Shown here piece by piece: positions 40,213 through 49,680 of a DNA stretch of 64,000 nt (its first letter is position 1; every line of letters starts with the position of its first letter). Both the position numbers and the translations under genes were made by a program. The stretch covers positions 128,892 to 192,891 of the forward strand of contig JAHFNS010000002.1 of NCBI GenBank assembly GCA_023267215.1, read 5' to 3'. This stretch comes from Candidatus Nomurabacteria bacterium (GTDB taxonomy: Bacteria > Patescibacteriota > Minisyncoccia > Phycocordibacterales > UBA9973). The notes beneath the pieces are model-generated. The model saw only the letters and a program-made list of their open reading frames with translations. It made no database searches and had not been told where the DNA came from.

Positions 40213-40965
40213 TTATTTTAACACCTCTATAAACTCTTTGGGTAGTGGTGATTCAACTTTTATTATTTTTCCTTTCAAATCTTTAAAGACAATAGATTTA
40301 GCATGTAGGGCCAATCTATCTATACCTTTAGGAGAGGGGTGCCCTCCATTATAAAGTGAATCACAAACTACTGGATGATTTATAAATTTCATATGCACTC
40401 GAATCTGATGTGTACGACCCGTTTTCGGACGCACTTCTAAATAAGTAAATTTAGCCCCCTCTCCTTTAGAAGGAGAGGACGGGGGTGAGGTAAATCTTTT
40501 CAAAACAGTATATTCAGTGATAGCTTCTCGAAGTTCCCCTCTCGCCCCACGTCCTGCTAACCTTTTACGAAAATCATTTCCACTTCGTCCAATTGGTTTT
40601 CTTATAGTTCCTCTATCATTTTTCATAGAACCTAAAACAATTGCATTATAAACTTTTTTTATTTCTCTTCCTTTAAATTGTTCTTTCAAAAATTCATAAG
40701 CTTTTTGATTCTTTGCTAAAAGTAAAACACCAGAAGTATCTTTATCTAGGCGATGTACTATACCTGGACGAGGAAGAAGCTCAAAAAATTTATCGTCATT
40801 TTTTATCTTAATTGGTTCTCCAACATTTTTTGTTTTAGGATAATTTTTTAAAAACCAATCAGAAATTGTTTTTTCTTTACTTCTACCATCTGGATGCACC
40901 GAAACACCAGAGGGTTTATCTATGGCTAAAATATTCGAATCTTCATAAAGTATTTTAATTTTCAT
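40213..40965 (-). CDS. RluA/RluD-family pseudouridine synthase
   Basis: HRLDKDTSG and TGRTHQIRVH motifs. Confidence 0.94.
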   Translation of the reverse strand: MKIKILYEDSNILAIDKPSGVSVHPDGRSKEKTISDWFLKNYPKTKNVGEPIKIKNDDKFFELLPRPGIVHRLDKDTSGVLLLAKNQKAYEFLKEQFKGREIKKVYNAIVLGSMKNDRGTIRKPIGRSGNDFRKRLAGRGARGELREAITEYTVLKRFTSPPSSPSKGEGAKFTYLEVRPKTGRTHQIRVHMKFINHPVVCDSLYNGGHPSPKGIDRLALHAKSIVFKDLKGKIIKVESPLPKEFIEVLK

Positions 40966-41624
40966 ATAATTAATTCTTTAAGTCTTTCCATCCAACCTAA
41001 AATCGTAAGAAATAATTTGGTATCATTAACTGACACATCTAATGTACCATATGGTAAAGTATTTCTCTTGTTTTTACTAGCGTTGCTTCTTTTTATATAT
41101 GTTTTATAAAATTGATTTATTGGAATCTGTGATACTTCAGACCAATATTTTTCAGAATTTTTCACATTGGTTTGAGAAAATGTATGTATATGACCACGAA
41201 ATTTTTCTTCTGGGACCAAACATATTTCTCTAAAAAATTTCATTATAATTTTAATTATATCTGGGTCGCTGTTTGTAAGACGTGCAATTCCTCTTTTTGT
41301 TTTTCCTCCTTCACCTAAATATAGAGCAATCCCTATCATTTTTAAGTCATTTTGAGAGATATTACTAATTTCTTTTTTAGCACCATTAATAATGAGATCA
41401 CTTCTCTTTTTTGTATTTGCAATTCGACTTACTCTTCTTTTTTCAATAGAGTTTACACTACGTCCATTCTGAGATAACAAACTTTTTTGTTTTTCATTTA
41501 GAACAACATCTCGTACCCATAAACTTACACTTGCTTTTGATACATTAAGAACATTTTTTATTTCATTTATAGATTTTCCTTGTCTACGTAAAATTATAGC
41601 TCTCCTTTTTTCATTAACTTTCAT
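40962..41624 (-). CDS. HTH plus LAGLIDADG-like domain protein, divergent from a tRNA pair
   Basis: N-terminal HTH (GKSINEIKNVLNVSKASVSLW); GIALYLGEG..K..NSD motif. Confidence 0.65.
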   Translation of the reverse strand: MKVNEKRRAIILRRQGKSINEIKNVLNVSKASVSLWVRDVVLNEKQKSLLSQNGRSVNSIEKRRVSRIANTKKRSDLIINGAKKEISNISQNDLKMIGIALYLGEGGKTKRGIARLTNSDPDIIKIIMKFFREICLVPEEKFRGHIHTFSQTNVKNSEKYWSEVSQIPINQFYKTYIKRSNASKNKRNTLPYGTLDVSVNDTKLFLTILGWMERLKELII

Positions 41625-41722
41625 ATATAGAGTATACCGTATGTATAGTATTATATCAAGGTTTAATAAAGAAACTATTGAAATAAACCCGAAAATACTA
41701 TACACTTCCCTTGTGTGTATCT

Positions 41723-41798
41723 GCGCGCTTAGCTCAGTTGGTAGAGCAACTCATTTACACTGAGAAGGTCGGGGGTTCGAGTCCCTCAGCGCGCACCA
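41723..41798 (+). tRNA. tRNA-Val(TAC)
   Basis: Cloverleaf; GGTTCGAGTCC; encoded CCA. Confidence 0.93.
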
Positions 41799-41799
41799 G

Positions 41800-41871
41800 G
41801 CCTTCGTAGTTCAATGGATAGAACGAAAGGTTTCTAACCTTTTAATGTAGGTCCGATTCCTACCGAAGGCA
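41800..41871 (+). tRNA. tRNA-Arg(TCT)
   Basis: AAAGG-ttTCTaa-CCTTT; acceptor GCCTTCG/CGAAGGC. Confidence 0.88.
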
Positions 41872-41875
41872 CATT

Positions 41876-42547
41876 TTATTTAAATCTCTCAAGAGCGATT
41901 GCAATAGCTCCTGCATATTTGAAAGATTCCTCACGGGTCATTTCAGGAATATCTTTACTTGTATCTAAAATATTTGTCCAAACATTAGCTAATTCTACTT
42001 TTGTTTTCAAACCTAAAGAAAAATATTCAGCTAATTTTTCCAAATTATCATTATCACCACATAAAATTATTTTTTTAATTGGAGGTTTTATTTTTGTCTC
42101 TATATCTTTATATGTATGCCAATATATAAAATGTTTCATTAATGCATCACGCAAATCTGGAATTTCTACTCCTCTTATATTTAAAATAATTGAAGACATT
42201 ACAATATTATTAGAAACAATAAAAACTCCAACACTTTTATTTCCTAAATCTACAATCATATATGTCTCTTTATCCCCTCTTTTTATTAAAACATTCGCAA
42301 TAGTCTCTGCTTTATGTTCTATCGACGAAAAAGTATAAACAGACTCCACTTTAAATTCTTTTTTAAAAGAATTTAAAGTTTCTTTCATCTTTTCTTTATC
42401 TCCTTCCAAAATCCCTTCTTCAATTTTTTTTTCTCCATAACGATTCACCTTAAAACTATTTCCTATTTTAATAAGTTCTATAAATTTAATAGATTCATCT
42501 CCAATATCTGCTCCATGAGAAATTGATTTAAATAAATTTTTAAACAT
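41876..42547 (-). CDS. Short PilM/FtsA-like actin-fold protein
   Basis: GADIGDESIK, IVDLG, IILCG, ANVWTN, YAGAIAIAL motifs. Confidence 0.6.
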   Translation of the reverse strand: MFKNLFKSISHGADIGDESIKFIELIKIGNSFKVNRYGEKKIEEGILEGDKEKMKETLNSFKKEFKVESVYTFSSIEHKAETIANVLIKRGDKETYMIVDLGNKSVGVFIVSNNIVMSSIILNIRGVEIPDLRDALMKHFIYWHTYKDIETKIKPPIKKIILCGDNDNLEKLAEYFSLGLKTKVELANVWTNILDTSKDIPEMTREESFKYAGAIAIALERFK

Positions 42548-42562
42548 TGAAATATTATAACA

Positions 42563-42895
42563 CTATCTTGCTCTTGTCCCGACAGTAACATCATTATTTG
42601 GTTCTAAAAGAGAAAATTTTCCATCTTCAGTTGAAACAGCTAATATCATTCCCTGACTCTCTATTCCACGAATTGTTTTCGGCTCTAAATTGGCAATAAA
42701 CATACATTTTTTGCCAACTAATACAGTATAATCCGGAAAATATAAGGAGATACCTGAAACTATTTGTCTCGAAGTCTCTTCTCCTAGGTCAACAGACAAT
42801 TTTAGTAATTTGTCAGTATCCGGAACTTTCTCTGCCGATAAAATTTTCCCAACGACAATATCTATTTTTTTAAAATCTTCTAATGTAATTATCAT
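42563..42895 (-). CDS. tRNA-binding OB-fold protein (MetG C-terminal/Trbp111/CsaA-like)
   Basis: DKLLKLSVDLG, RQIVSG, NLEP, SQGM motifs. Confidence 0.9.
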   Translation of the reverse strand: MIITLEDFKKIDIVVGKILSAEKVPDTDKLLKLSVDLGEETSRQIVSGISLYFPDYTVLVGKKCMFIANLEPKTIRGIESQGMILAVSTEDGKFSLLEPNNDVTVGTRAR

Positions 42896-43329
42896 TTGTT
42901 TATTTTATCTAAATATCTTTGTAATATCAAAGCAGCCGCAGAAGCATCTATCCTTCCACTTTTGATTTGTTTCACCTTACTATGCACCTGAGACTGATTT
43001 AAACTTTTTTTAGTGTCAGTTCCCTTGCGAGCTTCAACAGATGTTAAAAATTCTTTTTCTTTATGAACTGGTAAATTAAATTTTTCTTTAAGTTCTGAAA
43101 TAAAGACCTCAATCCTTGCAGACAATGTATTTAATTTTCCAGAAAAATCTACTGATTCTCCTATCACTATTTGGGTAACATTTTCTGTTTTTATTATTTC
43201 TTTAAGCCTATCAAAAGTATCCACATTATTAAGTATGATTTCCTTTGGGAAAGCTAAAACACCATCTTCGTCTGAAATAGCTACACCTATCCTCTTTGTC
43301 CCGTAATCTATACCCAAAAATCTTTTCAT
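42892..43329 (-). CDS. yqgF: YqgF/RuvX RNase H-fold nuclease
   Basis: GIDYGTKRIGVA and DASAAALILQ motifs. Confidence 0.92.
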   Translation of the reverse strand: MKRFLGIDYGTKRIGVAISDEDGVLAFPKEIILNNVDTFDRLKEIIKTENVTQIVIGESVDFSGKLNTLSARIEVFISELKEKFNLPVHKEKEFLTSVEARKGTDTKKSLNQSQVHSKVKQIKSGRIDASAAALILQRYLDKINK

Positions 43330-43375
43330 ATTTAAGATATTAGCACAAAAATTTTACTTCTGGTATAATATAAAA

Positions 43376-43645
43376 ATGATGGATCAATTTTATACACAAT
43401 CGTTTTTTCCTATTAATAATAACTGGGCAATTCTTGGTTTTATAGTATTAGGTCTTTGGATCTTGTTTTGGAAAGGTTGTTCGTTGTGGATAGCTACTAA
43501 AAATGACAAGAAGTTGTGGTTTGCGATACTTCTTATTTTTAATACTATTGGTATTTTAGAAATTATCTTCATTTTCTTTGTTGCAAAAAAGAAATGGAGT
43601 GACATAAAAGAAATATTTTCTAAAACAAAACAAACTGAATTATAA
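43376..43645 (+). CDS. Small membrane protein (DUF5652-like)
   Basis: WKGCSLW...WF...NTIGILEI motif. Confidence 0.75.
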   Translation: MMDQFYTQSFFPINNNWAILGFIVLGLWILFWKGCSLWIATKNDKKLWFAILLIFNTIGILEIIFIFFVAKKKWSDIKEIFSKTKQTEL

Positions 43646-43667
43646 TTTTTAATTAAAAAACATTATT

Positions 43668-43703
43668 TAAAATACCCAGCTACTAGCGAGTAGCTGGGTA
43701 TTT
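43668..43703 (+). terminator. Inverted repeat / terminator
   Basis: aaaatacccagctact-agcg-agtagctgggtatttt. Confidence 0.7.
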
Positions 43704-43745
43704 TATTTTAAAGATTTAAATATTTATTTGTGGTATACTAGATTA

Positions 43746-44252
43746 GTGGAACAGTATGAAAGAAATCCAAATACTTTTTGCATTATCTGTAAAAAAGCAA
43801 TTTACAGAAAACCAAGCCAAATAAAAAGAAATAAAAGTGGAGTTTTTTGTAGTATGGATTGCTATGGCATTAGTCAAAGAAAAGAAAAACCATGTATAGT
43901 TTGTGGAAAAATGATCATGTCAAAATTTAACAAAAAGACTTGTAGCAGAAGTTGTGCAAATATACATAGAGCTGGAATAAAATATAAGATTGGAAGTCCA
44001 CGAAGTAAAGTAAAATCTCAACAAGCTGTAAAGATAAAGCTGCTTAAAGAAAGAGGAAAAAAATGTGAAAAATGTGATTATAATAAATATGAGATATTAC
44101 AAGTTCATCATAAAGATAGAAATAAAAATCATAATGATTTAGAAAATCTTGAATTAATTTGTCCAAACTGTCATTATGAAGAACATTTCTTAAAAAAGAG
44201 TTGGTTGAGAAATAAGATTGAAAAAGAAGAAAAAAAGGATATACTAGATTAA
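43746..44252 (+). CDS. HNH endonuclease with N-terminal zinc-finger repeats
   Basis: CxxC...LQVHHKDRN..N..ENLELICPNCH; probable GTG start. Confidence 0.87.
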   Translation: MEQYERNPNTFCIICKKAIYRKPSQIKRNKSGVFCSMDCYGISQRKEKPCIVCGKMIMSKFNKKTCSRSCANIHRAGIKYKIGSPRSKVKSQQAVKIKLLKERGKKCEKCDYNKYEILQVHHKDRNKNHNDLENLELICPNCHYEEHFLKKSWLRNKIEKEEKKDILD

Positions 44253-44266
44253 CTAACAAAAAACAA

Positions 44267-44349
44267 GGAGGGTTGCGCCGAATGGTAAGGCACTTGTCTT
44301 GAAAACAAGCGGGCGAAAGCCCTTAGAGGTTCGAGTCCTCTACCCTCCG
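44267..44349 (+). tRNA. tRNA-Ser(TGA)
   Basis: CTTGT-ctTGAaa-ACAAG; long variable arm; GGTTCGAGTCC. Confidence 0.93.
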
Positions 44350-44448
44350 CAGGAAAAACTTGTTATCGGCAGACCCACAGTCATATGACTGTGGTGCGAC
44401 CCGACGGCATGATTACCTAAAAGAGTAATTTTAAGCTAAAATAAGAAT

Positions 44449-45414
44449 ATGGAAGGACAAAATTTTGGGTTAAAAAGCAATAATTTAGACTTAGAAAAAT
44501 CTTCGGCTCAGAATGATTTAGACTCTTTGCTAAGAGAAAAAGGTGTTGAAAATGTTCCTAAAATTGAAACCAATTTCTTTTTTCATAAACACTCAACAGC
44601 AGAAGACGGACAAGCGGTGGGTGAACGTCTAAAAAATGCAGATATTCTTATTCAGGAAAACGCTGGTTGGGATTCTGCTCGACTTGATATTTTCAACGAC
44701 GTATCGAATGGTATCCTGACCCCTGAACAAGCGATGGATATGGAAAAGCATAATGGAAAGCCATTTTTGTGGAAAGACTTCTATGCTTCGTTACTCGACG
44801 GTTTGTATAAATCAGACAAGAGAGTAATGCTTGTGGACGTTCCGAATGATAATGTTGTCTTTAAAAACCTTATGGGCCTATATGCGTCCAATGGTGCCTA
44901 CAATAACCTCATTAACAAGTCCTTACCTTACGAGGAAGCGCTAAGGAGAATTGGTAATGTCTCAAAATTTGAATCTGACATGCAGAAGGCTCGCGAAGAT
45001 TATATTTTAGAAAAACTTCCAGAAGCTCTAGCTGAAACATTGAAGCAGAATCCTGATCTCCAGAAAAAAGAAAACTTGAAAATACTTTTCTCAATGGGAG
45101 GTTTTCACACTCGCCTATATCACGAGATGAAAAAATTAGGGAATGATGTAAGTCGAGAATTCTCAAACATGCCATACAGTTTTGATCCTCGAATGTCTGC
45201 TGAGCGCAGTATTCATTTCAAGGGAATGGAGGAGTCAAAATATTTGTTGCCTAAAATAGCCCTCTATCTTATCCTAAAGAAAGAGCTACCAAACCTAGAG
45301 ATAACACATGACGTTATATCTGTTTTCTCGGATGAGGAAATTAAAAGCCTTTATGAAAAATACCAGACAGCTTCTTCGGAAGAGTTTAAAGAATACTTCG
45401 AGTCGATATTATAG
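44449..45414 (+). CDS. Hypothetical protein
   Basis: 321-aa ORF downstream of tRNA-Ser. Confidence 0.65.
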   Translation: MEGQNFGLKSNNLDLEKSSAQNDLDSLLREKGVENVPKIETNFFFHKHSTAEDGQAVGERLKNADILIQENAGWDSARLDIFNDVSNGILTPEQAMDMEKHNGKPFLWKDFYASLLDGLYKSDKRVMLVDVPNDNVVFKNLMGLYASNGAYNNLINKSLPYEEALRRIGNVSKFESDMQKAREDYILEKLPEALAETLKQNPDLQKKENLKILFSMGGFHTRLYHEMKKLGNDVSREFSNMPYSFDPRMSAERSIHFKGMEESKYLLPKIALYLILKKELPNLEITHDVISVFSDEEIKSLYEKYQTASSEEFKEYFESIL

Positions 45415-45475
45415 ACTCCGACCCACATGCCTCGCACTGGAAATAATATCTTAATAATTTTGATATAATATAAAT

Positions 45476-46120
45476 ATGAAAATCAGTAAGATAACACAAT
45501 CTCTTTTATTAATGTCTCTCGTGGTTGTTGTCTTTAATATTGCTCGTCTTGATATGTGGGGTACGACCAATCTTTTGTATTTAATTTGGAATCTTTTTTT
45601 GGCCTGGATACCATATATCATTTCTTCATGTTTTATAAAAAAAGAGACATCTGTAAATTATTTCATTCCAATTTTTGTCGTCTGGATTTTGTTTTTTCCT
45701 AATGCACCATATTTAGTAACAGATGTTTTACATATAGCCTCAAGTTTATCAATATCATTATGGTATGACAGTTTGCTGTTCTTCTTTTTCGGATGGATAG
45801 GTTTACTTTTAAGTATATTATCACTCTCCCATGTTTATAATTATTTAAAAGTTCATTTAAGTTATTTAACTTCAGAAATTATTATTTTTGTTATCTGTTT
45901 AATATCAAGTTTTGGAATATATTTAGGTAGATTCGAACGATGGAATAGTTGGGATATATTCGTTGATCCATTACATTTAATAAAAGACTCTCTTTATATT
46001 TCGACCAACCTAATATACGTAAAAACACCCTTATTATTTATAGGTGTTTTTACGATATTTATGTATTTTACTTACAAAACAATAACTGTTTTAGTAACCA
46101 AACAAATGTGCAAAGAATGA
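45476..46120 (+). CDS. DUF1361-like membrane protein
   Basis: WNLFLAWIP, FFPNAPY..TD, GRFERWNSWD motifs. Confidence 0.85.
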   Translation: MKISKITQSLLLMSLVVVVFNIARLDMWGTTNLLYLIWNLFLAWIPYIISSCFIKKETSVNYFIPIFVVWILFFPNAPYLVTDVLHIASSLSISLWYDSLLFFFFGWIGLLLSILSLSHVYNYLKVHLSYLTSEIIIFVICLISSFGIYLGRFERWNSWDIFVDPLHLIKDSLYISTNLIYVKTPLLFIGVFTIFMYFTYKTITVLVTKQMCKE

Positions 46121-46909
46121 ACCAATACCACCAAAGAATCCCCTACTGGGTTGCTTGTTTGTTCCTGTTGTTATTGGTTGTGCTTGATCAATAACAGTCG
46201 AAGCAACAACTGCATTACCATTCACTGTGCCTTGTGCAATTATATTATCTCCGACAACCACGTTGGAAATCAATATGGTGTTTGATCCTTTCATTATTTT
46301 TGCATTAGTTGTATCTATGGTATAAGTCACATTACTTTTGTTTGTAATAGTTAACGTTACTCCATTAATTAGAGAAACGGTACCAGCGACAATTGGTTGT
46401 CCATTACCTGCAAACAATGGATTATTTTGTGCATCTTTGTTTTCCATCTTTTTTACATCACCATTTACACCACGTCCTAAGAATCCATCACGGATATTTA
46501 TAGCAACAACGTTAGTACCAGTCACAGTGCCTTGTATGGAGACATTGTCCCCGACAAGAATACTTGTAATAGTACCAGCAACATTATTTTTCATAATTTT
46601 TGCATTTGTTGCATCTACTGTATATGTAACAGTTGTAGATGTAGTGTTTGTAGAATCTGTTTTGATAAATTGTTTGCTAACAACAGCAATAGTATTACCA
46701 TTAATAGCTGAAACTGTACCGAAAACTCCCCCTTTCATCATTCCCCAATTTCCTTTACCTACATTATCTCCACGATTACGCATCATGCTACCAATACCAT
46801 TATTAGATTGATTAACAATTGTATTATCAGCTAAAACAGGCAAAGCTCCTGCTAAAACTGTTAAAACAGCAAAGACTATAAATGTATAGATATATTTTGT
46901 ATTTTTCAT
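46091..46909 (-). CDS. Secreted protein with two DUF5666-like OB repeats
   Basis: Signal peptide; two repeats of GTVS.ING...VGD....GTV.G..V.A. Confidence 0.7.
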   Translation of the reverse strand: MKNTKYIYTFIVFAVLTVLAGALPVLADNTIVNQSNNGIGSMMRNRGDNVGKGNWGMMKGGVFGTVSAINGNTIAVVSKQFIKTDSTNTTSTTVTYTVDATNAKIMKNNVAGTITSILVGDNVSIQGTVTGTNVVAINIRDGFLGRGVNGDVKKMENKDAQNNPLFAGNGQPIVAGTVSLINGVTLTITNKSNVTYTIDTTNAKIMKGSNTILISNVVVGDNIIAQGTVNGNAVVASTVIDQAQPITTGTNKQPSRGFFGGIGSFFAHLFGY

Positions 46910-47051
46910 ATGTAATTTTTTTATTAATAATTTACAGAATACGACATAATCTGTATATAGATGTATACGTCTTGTAAAAATGAAATGGTGCATTAAATTT
47001 AATACCTATTTTAGATAGACTTAAAATAACTGTGGGGGTATAATTGTATTA

Positions 47052-47519
47052 ATGAATGAAAATAAAGAAATAGAATGGTCTGCTTTAGAATACGAAAAAA
47101 AAGAGCGAAGTAATGATTGGTTTTGGGCTCTTGGTGTTATTGTCGTAGCTTCCTCCGTTGCTTCTTTTATTTACGGTAATTTCTTTTTTGGTTTACTTTT
47201 AATAATAGGCGGAGTATTACTTGGTTTTTTTGCAGTTAAAAAACCGGACTTGGTTTTTTACGAAATAAATAAAAATGGATTAAAAATAAGAAGTCGTCTT
47301 TATCCTTATAAAAATATAAAATCTTTTTGGATAAAAAAGGAAAGAGAAAACCCTACTCTTTTTATAAAATCAGGAAGAATTTTTATGCCAATAATTTCAA
47401 TGCCAGTAAAGAGAGAAATAGTAGAAGATATAAAAAAAATGATGCTTGAAAATGATGTTTTAGAAGAAGAGATGAAAGAACATGTCTCTGAAAAAATAAT
47501 GGATTCTTTGGGATTCTAG
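47052..47519 (+). CDS. Conserved CPR membrane protein
   Basis: W.A.EY...RSNDWFW plus two TM helices. Confidence 0.7.
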   Translation: MNENKEIEWSALEYEKKERSNDWFWALGVIVVASSVASFIYGNFFFGLLLIIGGVLLGFFAVKKPDLVFYEINKNGLKIRSRLYPYKNIKSFWIKKERENPTLFIKSGRIFMPIISMPVKREIVEDIKKMMLENDVLEEEMKEHVSEKIMDSLGF

Positions 47520-47567
47520 TTATTGAAAAGTGGATTTTTAAACTTAAAATTGTTAATCTAACAATAT

Positions 47568-47639
47568 CCTCTCGTCGTTCAATGGATAGGACGTAACTTT
47601 GCGGAAGTTATGATGCAGGTTCGATTCCTGCCGAGAGGA
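47568..47639 (+). tRNA. tRNA-Arg(GCG)
   Basis: TAACT-ttGCGga-AGTTA; GGTTCGATTCC; acceptor CCTCTCG/CGAGAGG. Confidence 0.9.
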
Positions 47640-47665
47640 CAAGAATTTATGCTACACTTGTTATT

Positions 47666-48226
47666 ATGCATTCCGAAGAAACTGACGAGCAAATAATCAT
47701 TTTATTTAAAACTGGAAATGAAGAAGTATTTAAGATTTTAATAGATCGATATACACCCATCCTTTATAATTTTGTCGCGCGTTTAACAGATAAAGATAAT
47801 GCTAGCGATATTCTTCAAGAAACTTTCATAAAAGTTTGGAAAAATCTAAAAAAATTTGACGAAGAAAAAGCCAGTTTCAAAACTTGGATTTTTACGATTG
47901 CTAAAAATACGACTACTGATTTTTTAAGAAAGAAAAAAAGTTTAATTTTTTCTGATTTTGGAAAAGATGAAGAAGAGAATTCTTTTGAAAACAACATACC
48001 TGATGAAGATTTATTACCAGATGAAATCTTACAAAGAACACAAGATTTTGAGTTACTTAATAAAACATTAGAAAAACTCACAATAAATTACAGAACAATT
48101 TTAATACTTCACTACCAAGAAGATATGACTTTTAAAGAAATAGGAGAAATTTTAGATAAACCTTTAAACACCATTAAAAATCAACACTACAGAGCTATCT
48201 TCGAATTACGAAAAATGTTAACATAA
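47666..48226 (+). CDS. ECF RNA polymerase sigma factor
   Basis: DILQETFIKVW, FKTWIFTIAKN, region-4 HTH. Confidence 0.94.
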   Translation: MHSEETDEQIIILFKTGNEEVFKILIDRYTPILYNFVARLTDKDNASDILQETFIKVWKNLKKFDEEKASFKTWIFTIAKNTTTDFLRKKKSLIFSDFGKDEEENSFENNIPDEDLLPDEILQRTQDFELLNKTLEKLTINYRTILILHYQEDMTFKEIGEILDKPLNTIKNQHYRAIFELRKMLT

Positions 48227-48285
48227 GCACCAAAAATAATTATTTAACGTATGTATAGTATAATGAACTAGTTTTAGTAAATTTT

Positions 48286-48885
48286 ATGTCATTTGATTCA
48301 CTCATCCCCAATTTTTTATTTTTAGTAACTAGTTACAAATATCTACTTCTGTTTATGAGTATTGTTATAGAGGGGCCCATTTTAATGGTCGCTTCTGGTT
48401 TCCTTATTCTTTTAGGATTTTTTGAACCAATTCCGACGTTCCTTGTAATTATCTCTGGTGATTTATTAGGAGATATTATTTGGTATTATATCGGCTATTT
48501 TTTTGCTCCACCATTTATAAGAAAATATGGAAAATTCTTCAAAATAACCCCAGAAATATTTGAAAAAGCAAAGATTCTCTTTCATAAAAATCAAAACAAG
48601 ATATTATTGATTTCTAAGGTAACCATTGGATTTGGAATGTCATTAGCGACACTCATGGCAGCTGGTGCTTCTCACATTTCCTTAAAGAGATATGCCCTAC
48701 TAAACTTTTTAGGGGAATTGTTTTTAGTAAGTGTTCTTTTGACTATCGGATATTTTTTTGGGCAAATGTATGTTTCTATATCTGGCATGATGAAAATTTA
48801 TTTTCTGATAGGAACTATTATTGCGATAATTATTTTTATTTTTTATTTCAGTAAATATATTAAAAATACCGTCATAAAAATTTAA
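48286..48885 (+). CDS. DedA/VTT-family membrane protein
   Basis: EGP, GDLLGDIIWYYIG, AAG motifs. Confidence 0.85.
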   Translation: MSFDSLIPNFLFLVTSYKYLLLFMSIVIEGPILMVASGFLILLGFFEPIPTFLVIISGDLLGDIIWYYIGYFFAPPFIRKYGKFFKITPEIFEKAKILFHKNQNKILLISKVTIGFGMSLATLMAAGASHISLKRYALLNFLGELFLVSVLLTIGYFFGQMYVSISGMMKIYFLIGTIIAIIIFIFYFSKYIKNTVIKI

Positions 48886-48901
48886 ATTTTATTAGAATTA
48901 A

Positions 48902-49636
48902 ATGCAAAATATGAAACTTTCAATTATCATTCCCACTTTAGAAGAAGAAAAAATTCTTGAAAAGATGTTAATTTCTTTAAAAGAATTAAACAAAATAGAT
49001 TATGAAGTGATAGTTTCTGATGGACATTCAAAAGATAAAACAGTAGAAATCGCAAAAAAATATGCAAATAAAGTGATAGAACATGACGGACTCACTCGCC
49101 AAACAATAGCCGCTGGCAGAAATGCTGGAGCCAATATCGCACAAGGAGATTTTTTGGTATTTTTAGATGCAGACGTTTTTATTCCAGAAATAAATACTTT
49201 TTTTACAAAAGCGATTTCAAAATTTGAAAAAGAAAAAAGGTTGGTTGCTCTTGTCCCCTATTTAAAAACATTACCTGAATATGAAAAATGGAGTGATTAT
49301 ATCTCTCTAATTATTTTAAATTCTATTTACTATTTTATGAATAATATTTTACAAAAAGGTTCGGCTGGTGGTGAATTTCAAATGTTTCGTAGAGAAACAT
49401 TTGAAAAAATAGGAGGCTATAATAAAAATATGGTAGTTTGTGAAGACATCGAAATGCTTATGCGAATGTCTAAAATAGGGAAAACTAGACTCGATACCTC
49501 TCTTATTGTAATGCATACCTCACGTAGAGCCCATAATGAAGGTTGGATTTCTCTTTGGAGAAAATGGATTTTCAATGCTATTTCAAATATTATTTTCAAA
49601 AAACCAGCTGTTGGGGAATGGAATGTATCTCGCTAA
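48902..49636 (+). CDS. GT2 glycosyltransferase
   Basis: SIIIPT, DGHSKD, FLDAD, ED motifs. Confidence 0.9.
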   Translation: MQNMKLSIIIPTLEEEKILEKMLISLKELNKIDYEVIVSDGHSKDKTVEIAKKYANKVIEHDGLTRQTIAAGRNAGANIAQGDFLVFLDADVFIPEINTFFTKAISKFEKEKRLVALVPYLKTLPEYEKWSDYISLIILNSIYYFMNNILQKGSAGGEFQMFRRETFEKIGGYNKNMVVCEDIEMLMRMSKIGKTRLDTSLIVMHTSRRAHNEGWISLWRKWIFNAISNIIFKKPAVGEWNVSR

Positions 49637-49680
49637 AAGAAACGCACCAAAATTTATTATTAAACGTATATAAAAGAAAC

